Part shown: positions 19,465 to 27,895 of the stretch, in pieces
How the letters are laid out: every line of letters starts with the position of its first letter
Numbering within the stretch: the first letter of the stretch is position 1
Origin: Candidatus Hydrogenedentota bacterium
GTDB lineage: Bacteria > Hydrogenedentota > Hydrogenedentia > Hydrogenedentales > SLHB01
Length of the DNA stretch: 64,000 nucleotides
Direction of reading: 5' to 3'
Assembly: GCA_963674865.2 (NCBI GenBank)
Contig: CAXXYE010000007.1
Span: 192,001 to 256,000 of the forward strand
The notes under the pieces: model-generated
Databases searched by the model: none
The model's input: only the letters and a program-made list of their open reading frames with translations
What the model was told of the DNA's origin: nothing
Translations under genes and position numbers: made by a program

Positions 19465-20130
19465 TTGCCCCACTTCGCATCCCTGGTGATGCTGTGCGCG
19501 GGCTTGTGCTATCGTGGCCGCAGGAGGGAAAACACGCTGAATAATCATGCGGAACGACGACGCGGACGGCTATTCATGGGCCTGCTCCTTGCCATACTGT
19601 CCACGATACCGGCCTGCGATGACGCTGCGCAGGAGGCCATGCCGTGCCGTTTCACTTCGCTTCCGGAGGCCGCTCGGAAGGGGGCCATAGAGAATGTGAC
19701 GTGCTGTCTTGCCAACGGGGCCGACGTGAATGAGGAGGATCCTTCCGGCTACACCGCGCTTTACTACGCTCTGCGTGAACGCAAGACAGAGACGGCCGTT
19801 CTGCTCATTGAGCGTGGCGCCGATGTGAATGCAGGCTATCGGCGCAAACGAACGCCCCTGCACGTAGCCGCCGAAAGGGGCACGGAGGAACTTGTCAAAC
19901 TCTTGCTTGAGCACGGCGCAAAGCCGAACGCCTACGATAGCGTTCGCGAGACGCCTCTGGTAATTGCCGTCAAACGAGATGGGGGATACGACATCGTCAA
20001 GTTGCTGCTCGAACACGGCGCCTATCCCAATCCGACCGATCGGCATGGCGATAGGCCCCTGACGCATGCCCGGCGTAAAGGCGACAAAGCCCTCGAGGAA
20101 TTGCTGACGAGCCACGGCGCACTCAAGTAA
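19465..20130 (+). CDS. Ankyrin-repeat protein, possible lipoprotein
   Basis: Repeated TALYYA/TPLHVAA/TPLVIAV...LLLEHGA units; LLLAILSTIPAC lipobox-like segment; true start may be later (e.g. ATG 19576). Confidence 0.85.
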   Translation: MPHFASLVMLCAGLCYRGRRRENTLNNHAERRRGRLFMGLLLAILSTIPACDDAAQEAMPCRFTSLPEAARKGAIENVTCCLANGADVNEEDPSGYTALYYALRERKTETAVLLIERGADVNAGYRRKRTPLHVAAERGTEELVKLLLEHGAKPNAYDSVRETPLVIAVKRDGGYDIVKLLLEHGAYPNPTDRHGDRPLTHARRKGDKALEELLTSHGALK

Positions 20131-20184
20131 CTTGCTTCTCTCACCGCCGCATAGGGGCGCCGAGACGCTGTGCGCGTCTCGTAT

Positions 20185-21384
20185 CTACGGCGCCTCTCTC
20201 GTGGCCTCCACGTAGGCTTGGGCTTCGATGCGGTATCCTTTTGTTTGCAGGAAACGCACCACCGTGTCGTGCGGGAGGTCGGGCACCTCCCCGTGGGGAA
20301 GATTCTTGACGTGTGCCACGACGAGGCGTACGCCCTCGTAGAGGGAGCGCCTTACTTCGTCACGATCGTCCCCCTTCTTGATATGCGTTCTCGCTTCCTC
20401 GACAAGGGCCTTCGCCGCCGAGGTCCGATCATGAATCCGATTGAAGAGCGCCTGTGCCTTGCGATACCGCCGAAGCGCCAGATTGTACGCCTCACTCTCA
20501 CGCTCCCAATTGCCCTGTTCGAGGTTAGCCATCCCCGCTTCGTAAAGGGGATGGATGGTACGCTCCAGTTCCGACTCGCTGTCCTCAGGGGCGCCCGCGG
20601 CCTCGTGCAGTACGCCCAACTCCTCCTTCACCATGCCGACAAGGGAGGGATGCTCGAGTTCCTTCGCCACTTCGAGCGCGCCAACTAGGTAGTCCTCAGC
20701 CGACAGGGAGGTCAAACCTTCGTTGTTGTGATGCCGTCGCCACCGCCTGAGAACGCGGTCCATTCGCTCCTTCCACTCAACAACATAGTCGAAGAATGCG
20801 GCGGGAACACTTGAGCGTTCGATTCGCATCACCGACTCGACAACGTCCTGCACGGCTTGCTCCGCGATATCCAAGAACAGCCCTATGCACGTTCTGTAGT
20901 CCAGTTCCTCCGAGTTAACGAACGAAAGAGACACGCCCTCCGTTTGTGCGTGCATATCATCCCTATGAAGGAAGAGGCAGATCGTCTTGTGCAGCACCAA
21001 CTCCGCGGCATAGGCCGGGCCCTCAATGGTCCTGCAAATGCAGTCGCCCTGTCGATAGCATCCCAAGAGTCCTGAGTAGTGATCCCGGAAGAAATTCGGC
21101 CCCACGGCCGGCAGATTCAGCTCAAGGGCATCTAGGAAAAGGTCGCCCGCAACCGGAAAAACCCATTGCTCCCTTCCCACGCGAGTTTTTTCTTCGAGAT
21201 ATCCCCGGATCTCCGATGCGAAAAGGTAAGAGTTCTCTGGCGTTGTCATGCGATGGATCTGTTTTCTGGCGGTAATGGCCTCGGGGGCATCCGAAGCCGA
21301 AGCCCTGAGGATCTGATTCACATAGCGCTTCAACTCGGGATCGATGACCACCTTTCGGAAGAACTTGCCAATCGAGTTATCCAT
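20185..21384 (-). CDS. Hypothetical protein (399 aa, helical or TPR-like C-terminus)
   Basis: Long ORF with protein-like composition; no motif recognised. Confidence 0.7.
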   Translation of the reverse strand: MDNSIGKFFRKVVIDPELKRYVNQILRASASDAPEAITARKQIHRMTTPENSYLFASEIRGYLEEKTRVGREQWVFPVAGDLFLDALELNLPAVGPNFFRDHYSGLLGCYRQGDCICRTIEGPAYAAELVLHKTICLFLHRDDMHAQTEGVSLSFVNSEELDYRTCIGLFLDIAEQAVQDVVESVMRIERSSVPAAFFDYVVEWKERMDRVLRRWRRHHNNEGLTSLSAEDYLVGALEVAKELEHPSLVGMVKEELGVLHEAAGAPEDSESELERTIHPLYEAGMANLEQGNWERESEAYNLALRRYRKAQALFNRIHDRTSAAKALVEEARTHIKKGDDRDEVRRSLYEGVRLVVAHVKNLPHGEVPDLPHDTVVRFLQTKGYRIEAQAYVEATREAP

Positions 21385-22067
21385 GGCTTACCACCAGGCC
21401 CGTGAACGCGGGATGCTCACTCGTCGTGCGCGAAGGTGTTCGAACCAAATGAAGGAGGCCATAGGATTCGGTGACGGCGCGCAGTCGTCTATGCCCAGCT
21501 CCTTCTAGAACGATGGCATTCCCCGAGATCTGAACACTCTGCCCCGCAAGTCTACCAGGCTCCCAACGGGCTGAAAGACACTTCCTTCCTCCCGTGGTCT
21601 TCCCTCGGCTCCGTAGCATAGACAACGCGCGCATATCGTTCGCCTCGTCCGCCCGCAAGGTACCCCCTACCAGCGGTCAGCCCTAGTCTATCATGACAAC
21701 CTCTCTCACGCCACCAGGAGCGCGGCTTTGAACTCCGCGCACTGATTCTTGGAGGAAGCACCCCCTCAGTGCGCGGAGGATCCACGCCTCCAATGACTTG
21801 GCCTGCTGCGCAATTGGCAACGCCGGCACCGGGGGGATTGGTACAATTGGCGGCCATGAAGGTAAAATGAAGGTGGTAAGTCATCTCGATGCTGTAAGAG
21901 GGCGACGGCACGGTCTTGCCCACGGCTGGCGCGCCGTTTGGGTGGCGGGGCCAAAGGTGATGGCCTTATTCTCCGGTGAGCGGGCGAGGCGAGGGCGAGG
22001 CCCTTGTCGAAGCTGCGCCGGGAGGCATCCGAAGGCAAAGGGGAATCGCGTCTTTGAGCCTGAAGCC

Positions 22068-22799
22068 ATGCTCATAGGCATTATCGCGGACTTGCATGCG
22101 AACCTGGAGGCGACACTGGCCGTCCTCGGGGAGTTGGACCGCATCGGCCCGGATAGAATCGTCTGCCTGGGCGATATTGCCGGCTACAACGCCAACCCAA
22201 ATGAGGTCATTGACCTGGTTCGGGAGAGGCAAATTCCCACGGTGATGGGCAATCACGATGCTGCCGCGAGCGGCCTCGAGGATCCCTGGTTCTTTAACGC
22301 CAAAGCCCAAGCCGCTATTGCCTGGCAGGTGGACCAGCTTCGCGAGGACAACCGGGAGTGGCTGGCCTCGCTGCCGGGGCCGTTGAAGTTTCTCGGCACT
22401 TGCCGATGCGTCCACGGCTCCCCGGCCGACCGCGACGACTACATCATGGACTGGATCGATGCCATGCGCAATTTCGAATACTTGGCCGCCGGCGACGTGC
22501 GGATATGCTTCTACGGACATAGCCATCGCGCGGCGCTCTTTGGCGAAAAAGGCACCTCTCTCCGAGGAGGCATGGCGGCGCGATACGTTCTCGATCCCGA
22601 GAACCGTTACCTGATCAACCCAGGCTCCGTCGGGCAGCCGCGTGACAAGGACCCACGGGCTGCGTTCGGCCTGCTTGATACAGATGCATTTGTGTTCGAA
22701 TTCCGCCGTGTGGAGTACGATCTCCACGCTGCGGCAAAGCGGGTCCTCAGCGCGGGGCTGCCCGCGGATCTGGCTAGACGCCTCGTAGCGGGCCGATAG
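22068..22799 (+). CDS. Metallophosphoesterase (YfcE/PrpA-like)
   Basis: DLHAN, LGDIAGY, GNHD, HGSP, GHSH, NPGSVGQPRD all intact; start reset to ATG 22068. Confidence 0.9.
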   Translation: MLIGIIADLHANLEATLAVLGELDRIGPDRIVCLGDIAGYNANPNEVIDLVRERQIPTVMGNHDAAASGLEDPWFFNAKAQAAIAWQVDQLREDNREWLASLPGPLKFLGTCRCVHGSPADRDDYIMDWIDAMRNFEYLAAGDVRICFYGHSHRAALFGEKGTSLRGGMAARYVLDPENRYLINPGSVGQPRDKDPRAAFGLLDTDAFVFEFRRVEYDLHAAAKRVLSAGLPADLARRLVAGR

Positions 22800-22868
22800 G
22801 GCCTGCGCGGGGCCAATGAGACGTGCAGAGGGAATTCTGCTATGATGGACTTTGAGGGAGGCACGCAG

Positions 22869-24017
22869 ATGGATACATCCGGCGTCAAAGTACTTCTCAT
22901 TGACGACGATGAAGAAGAATACGTAGTAGTCAGACGATACCTTGAGAAGGCGCGCACGGGGACTTTCCACGTCGAGTGGCTGCCCTCCTTCGATGAAGGC
23001 CTGGCCGAGATCGACGAAGCGCGCCATCAGATCTGCCTTCTCGACTACCAACTCGGCGAGAAAACCGGACTCGACTTCCTTGCACAGATGCGTGCCATGG
23101 GACGCGACCTGCCCGTCATACTCCTAACAGGTCGGGGCAGTATTGAGCTTGACCTCGAAGCTATGGAGATGGGGGCCTTCGATTTCCTGGAAAAGGCCGA
23201 TTTGACGCCCGTGCTTCTCGAAAGATCCATCCGCTATGCCATTGAGAATCACCGGGTGCGCGCGGCCCTGCGCAAAGCAAACGAAGAGTTGGAGGAGCGC
23301 GTCCGTCAGCGTACGGCGGAGCTTAACCGCAGTAACCAGGCGTTGGAGCAGTTCGCCGATCTTGTCGCACGCGATCTGCAACAGCCTCTCCAGGCCATCA
23401 CGCGGCAGATACGCGATATGAAGACGCGCAAGGCGGGCCGCGAGAAAGAGCAGAGCCTGTACCTTGCGTACCGGTTTCTCGATCCCGTGCTCCACGCCGC
23501 GCGAAACATGGAGCTCCTGGTGCAAAGCGTGCTGGATTACTCCCGCGTGGGCAAAGTGGCACGTCCTTTCGACGATGTGGACCTCGGCGAATTGGTGCGC
23601 GAAGTATGTGACGATCTGGACAGCACGATTTCACAGACCGGCGCCGAGGTTATCGTGGAAGATATGCCGGTGCTCAAGGCGGATCGCATGCTCATGAAGG
23701 GGCTGTTTGAGAATCTGCTCGACAATGCCATCAAGTTCCGCGGAGATGAGCCGCCTCAGATCCGCATATGGTCGGAGCGAAAAGAAGGCTCGTGGCTGTG
23801 CGCCGTAAAGGACAACGGCATTGGCATCCCCGATGAGGATATTGACGATGTCTTCCTGATGTTCAACCGAGGCTCGCGTGATACCGAGTATCCGGGAATC
23901 GGCATTGGTTTGGCCATGTGCAGGAAAATTGCGCAATATCACCGCGGGCGCATCTGGGCCGATTCGAAACTTGGGGAAGGCTCCACCTTCTACCTGGCGC
24001 TGCCTGCCGAAGGCTAG
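22869..24017 (+). CDS. Hybrid receiver-histidine kinase-like protein lacking the H-box His
   Basis: REC (LLIDDD, LLDY, LTG, K) plus HATPase (NAIKF, DNGIG, GIGIGLAMC); H-box reads VARDLQQPL; ATG 22869 after GAGGGAGG. Confidence 0.88.
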   Translation: MDTSGVKVLLIDDDEEEYVVVRRYLEKARTGTFHVEWLPSFDEGLAEIDEARHQICLLDYQLGEKTGLDFLAQMRAMGRDLPVILLTGRGSIELDLEAMEMGAFDFLEKADLTPVLLERSIRYAIENHRVRAALRKANEELEERVRQRTAELNRSNQALEQFADLVARDLQQPLQAITRQIRDMKTRKAGREKEQSLYLAYRFLDPVLHAARNMELLVQSVLDYSRVGKVARPFDDVDLGELVREVCDDLDSTISQTGAEVIVEDMPVLKADRMLMKGLFENLLDNAIKFRGDEPPQIRIWSERKEGSWLCAVKDNGIGIPDEDIDDVFLMFNRGSRDTEYPGIGIGLAMCRKIAQYHRGRIWADSKLGEGSTFYLALPAEG

Positions 24018-24029
24018 AAGGCCGCGCCC

Positions 24030-24488
24030 CTAGGAGTTGTTGTCCGGCAGCACAACCAGCTCGAACCAGTAGCGCTCGAGCTCACGAATCGCCTTCATGA
24101 AGCCGTCCATCTGGACCGGCTTAGTCACATAAGAATTCACGCCCAGCTCGTAACTCCTCAAGATGTCCTCCTCCTGCGAGGAGGTCGTTAAAACGACCAC
24201 CGGGATGGTGCGCAGATCCGGATCTTGCTTGATCCTGCTCAACACCGCCCGCCCGTCGAGTTTCGGCATGTTCAGGTCGAGCAGGATCAAGTCCGGCCGC
24301 GGCGCCTTCTTCGGAGCCGAGAACTCACCACGGCGATAAAGGTAATCCAGGGCCTGCTCGCCGTCATCCACGATAAACACGCGGTTGCGGAGCTTGCTTG
24401 CTCTGAGCGCCCGCTCCGTAAGCTTCTGATCTTCGGGATCGTCCTCAACCAGCAAGATGACGGCCGCCCGCGGCTTGGCTTCACTCAT
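24030..24488 (-). CDS. Single-domain response regulator (Rcp1-like)
   Basis: ILLVEDD, PDLILLDLNMP, LTTS, NSYVTKP, YWFELVVLP. Confidence 0.93.
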   Translation of the reverse strand: MSEAKPRAAVILLVEDDPEDQKLTERALRASKLRNRVFIVDDGEQALDYLYRRGEFSAPKKAPRPDLILLDLNMPKLDGRAVLSRIKQDPDLRTIPVVVLTTSSQEEDILRSYELGVNSYVTKPVQMDGFMKAIRELERYWFELVVLPDNNS

Positions 24489-26848
24489 TCCTCCCCCTTT
24501 CTATCATGCTCTCCGAGGGTGAATTTGAAACACGCTCCCTTGTCCAGCTCGGATTTCACCCAAATGGTGCCGGCATGCCTTTCCACGATTTTGCGGCAAA
24601 TGGCCAGCCCGATTCCAGTCCCCTCATACTCATTTCGATGGTGCAGCCTGCGAAACGGCGAGAAGATCTGCTCGGCGTACTCAGGTTTCAGCCCAATCCC
24701 ATTGTCCTGAACTGCGAGTTCCCAGTGGTCTTTCACCTTCTCCGCCCTCAACTCGATCCGTGGGGCGGCTTCGCCGTGGAATTTCAGCGCGTTGCCGATG
24801 AGATTCTGATAGAGCTGAACAAGAAGGCCCTTGTCTCCTCGCACGACCGGTAGGGCGCCTCGTGCGATCTCCGCCCCCGTTTCCGCCACCCGTATCTCGA
24901 GAGCGTCCAGCGCGCTGTCCACGCACTCATCCAGCGGCACGTCCTCCACGTTCATGCTCCGCCGGCCCGAACGGGAGAGGGCGAGGAGGTCCCGCACGAG
25001 CCGTTGCATACGCTCGGCCGCGGAGGTGATCACCTTGAGATCTTGGCGCACTTCGGACTCATCATTCTTCTGCATGTCCTCCAGCAACATATCGCTGAAG
25101 GCCGTGAGCTTGCGCAGCGGCTCTTGGAGATCGTGGCTCGCGATGTAGGTGAATTCATCCAGTTCCTTATTGCGCGCCGCCAGATCGCGATTGGCCTGTT
25201 CGAGCAGGACCGCGTGCCGCTTCAGGGCCTCCGCCATCTGCTTGCGCTCGGTGATATTGCGGCTCATGCCCACGATCCCCGCGATATCGCCTTGCGCGTC
25301 CTTCAGCGGCACTTTGGTGGTTAGAAGCCAGTGTTTCTCGCCCTGTTCCGTGACCACCGACTCCTCGCGGTTCACCAGCGACTCCCCGGATTGGACAATC
25401 GCCTGCTCGTCGTTGAAGTACTGCGCCGCCAGTTGCCGCGGGAAGATGTCGTAGTCCGTTTTCCCCGCGACGTCATCTTGAGTGTCCGCTCGCAGCAGCC
25501 GGAGGTGGGCCGTGTTATTAAGAATAAACCGGCTCTCCGCGTCTTTCGCGAAGATGTAGTCCGGCAAGTTATCGACCAGCGTGCGCAGCAGGTTCCGCTC
25601 CCTTGCGAGGGCCTCCTCGGCGCGTTTGTGCGCCGTCATATCCCAACAGACGCCCGTCATCCGCACCGGCTTGCCTTCCTCGTCCCGGTAAACCTTGCCT
25701 CGGGAGCCGAGTTCGTGGAGGCTTCCATCCGGCCAAACCACCTGGTACTCCGTATCGTACGGCGCGTCTTGCTCGGTAGCCTGTTTGATCTCCGCCGCGA
25801 CGCGCTGCCTGTCGCGAGCGTGTAACATGCTCAGAAACGCCTCGTACGTCCCCCCAAACGCCCCAGGCTCCAAGCCGAACAGGGGATGGATATAGTCATC
25901 CCAGATGAGCTTGTGCCCGGGGATATCCCAACTCCACGTACCCACTCCGGAAGACCTCAGTGCCAGGTTGAGGCGCTCCCTGCTCTCATACAGCGCATGC
26001 TCCGCCGCCTGTCGCCCCGTGACATCGTTGAAGACGACTACCGTGCCCATGAACTTCCCGCTGACATCCAACATGCGCTGCAGCTTGATCTGAAATGAGC
26101 GCAGGCCCTTTCGCGTCTGGATTCGCTTCTCAACCGGCAGCTCGGATTCTCCCGAGGATGCCATGTCGGCCAATTCCTTGCTCAGCCAGGGCAATTCATG
26201 CTTGCCATTTTCGCGGTGGTAGTAAGCCGATCCAGGTACGTTTAGCCCCTCGAACAGCGTCGCCGCCGCATGGTTCAGATTGTCGATGCGGTTCTGTTCA
26301 TCCAGCAACACCACCGGGTCGTGGAGGCTCTCGAAGATCGTTACATACTTGTTCTTCTCATTCGTGATTTCGCGATTCCCGGCCTCCAGCTCCTCCGTCC
26401 GCGCGCTTTCCCCAAGCCGCGCCCACTCCACGCAAAATCCGAGCTCCACGCGGTCGAAAAACCTCTCGACGAAGAGCCGCCGATGTTCGGTGTCCTCCGG
26501 GGAGTAGCCCGCCTCGAGGACGAGGTCGACGTAGCTCTGCCGGTAGTACTTCATTAAACCGAGGAACATGCCCAACGTGATACCGCGCGCCCGGTGGCGT
26601 TTTGCCTCGAGGACGCCGAACGACGCAATGGGATCCTCGGTGTAGTCTTCTTCGGGACTCAGTTCGGGGGGGGCATCGTATGCGTCCAGGGCGGTTGCCA
26701 GCGCTTCGGAGAGGCCCGAAATCGAAATCCGCCAGGCCTCCGCAAGCGTGGACGTGTACTCGGTGAAACCGTGCTCCTTGGCGTACGCCAGAACCCGCTG
26801 GATAAGCCATTCCTCGCGGCTCATGACGAGTTGGGCCAGTGCCTTCAT
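24485..26848 (-). CDS. Multi-PAS sensor histidine kinase with N-terminal helical sensor domain
   Basis: Three PAS/PAC-like units; H-box IASHDLQEPLRK; NALKF, DNGIG, GTGIGLAIC; start reset to ATG 26848 with GGAGG RBS. Confidence 0.92.
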   Translation of the reverse strand: MKALAQLVMSREEWLIQRVLAYAKEHGFTEYTSTLAEAWRISISGLSEALATALDAYDAPPELSPEEDYTEDPIASFGVLEAKRHRARGITLGMFLGLMKYYRQSYVDLVLEAGYSPEDTEHRRLFVERFFDRVELGFCVEWARLGESARTEELEAGNREITNEKNKYVTIFESLHDPVVLLDEQNRIDNLNHAAATLFEGLNVPGSAYYHRENGKHELPWLSKELADMASSGESELPVEKRIQTRKGLRSFQIKLQRMLDVSGKFMGTVVVFNDVTGRQAAEHALYESRERLNLALRSSGVGTWSWDIPGHKLIWDDYIHPLFGLEPGAFGGTYEAFLSMLHARDRQRVAAEIKQATEQDAPYDTEYQVVWPDGSLHELGSRGKVYRDEEGKPVRMTGVCWDMTAHKRAEEALARERNLLRTLVDNLPDYIFAKDAESRFILNNTAHLRLLRADTQDDVAGKTDYDIFPRQLAAQYFNDEQAIVQSGESLVNREESVVTEQGEKHWLLTTKVPLKDAQGDIAGIVGMSRNITERKQMAEALKRHAVLLEQANRDLAARNKELDEFTYIASHDLQEPLRKLTAFSDMLLEDMQKNDESEVRQDLKVITSAAERMQRLVRDLLALSRSGRRSMNVEDVPLDECVDSALDALEIRVAETGAEIARGALPVVRGDKGLLVQLYQNLIGNALKFHGEAAPRIELRAEKVKDHWELAVQDNGIGLKPEYAEQIFSPFRRLHHRNEYEGTGIGLAICRKIVERHAGTIWVKSELDKGACFKFTLGEHDRKGEE

Positions 26849-27065
26849 GTATCGTCCTCCCGAGCTTCGCGGCGCGGCATACGGCCTCCGCTCCCATCGC
26901 ATCACTTCGATTATACGCTATTCGGTGGGCAATCCGGCCACCGAAGCAGAATCGGCGTTCTAGACGAACTGGCCGCCTCAGCCGCCGGATGGCCTTGAAA
27001 TCCCCTGCCCTTGCGGGCATCCTTCCCCAGGGGCGTGCGGTGAGCCGCCCGAGGGAAGGAGTTGC

Positions 27066-27785
27066 ATGAACCTATCGCTGTTGGTACTGGCTGTTATATG
27101 CGGTGTCCCGCTCTTGAACTGCGCCCTCATCATCGGAATGACGGTATACACCGTCAGAACCATGTACCGCGGCCTCGCCTTGACGCCCGCCACCGGAGCC
27201 ACCCATCCGGGCGCGTTTGTGCAGGTTCACAAGCATGATGAGTGGGCCAGGGAACAGGGATTCGATTGGATTGGGGCATTTACGACGGCGCTTGCGGGCG
27301 TGCCGTGGTTTATTGCGGCGTGGCGCCATCAGGAACGCCCCACGTACTTCTGTATCTACGTTGCCGGTGGCCAGATCATTTTCGACTTCGTCACGGAGTT
27401 CTCCGAGACGCGTGCCCTCACTACAGGCAGTGTCCGCGACGCCCAGTTCTTGCCTAAGCCGCCGGGCGATTACCAGCAGAGCTTCAGCGGCCTCACCGTT
27501 GACGAACTACTGGCGCAACACACCAAAGCCGAACGCTTTCTCACGGCCGAAGGCGGGATCGAGATGCGGCCCATGCAGCGCTCTTTCGAGGAGTGCCTCC
27601 AGGCAGCCGCCATTCGCCAGACGGGCTACGTGCAGGGCCTTTCCTTGTGGCCGCTGCGGGCGCCTGTGTGGTACTGGCTCAGGAAACGGCTCCTACACAA
27701 TAAGTCCATCGAGGAACTCCACCGGGCTCGGAAAGTTCTTCTGCCGCGTGATCCCGCGTTTCGTGAGTTTCCCTCACCAATGTAG
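27066..27785 (+). CDS. Hypothetical protein with an N-terminal membrane anchor
   Basis: AAGGAG RBS; hydrophobic N-terminal helix. Confidence 0.7.
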   Translation: MNLSLLVLAVICGVPLLNCALIIGMTVYTVRTMYRGLALTPATGATHPGAFVQVHKHDEWAREQGFDWIGAFTTALAGVPWFIAAWRHQERPTYFCIYVAGGQIIFDFVTEFSETRALTTGSVRDAQFLPKPPGDYQQSFSGLTVDELLAQHTKAERFLTAEGGIEMRPMQRSFEECLQAAAIRQTGYVQGLSLWPLRAPVWYWLRKRLLHNKSIEELHRARKVLLPRDPAFREFPSPM

Positions 27786-27895
27786 AGGGTGCCCCGGCCA
27801 CTTGGGGAATTGACCGCCCGAAATGCGAGCCTTAGAATCCGGGGCCGATGGCCGGCGCCCGTGAGGCATCCGCACCCGACGCGAAAGGAGGGGCC

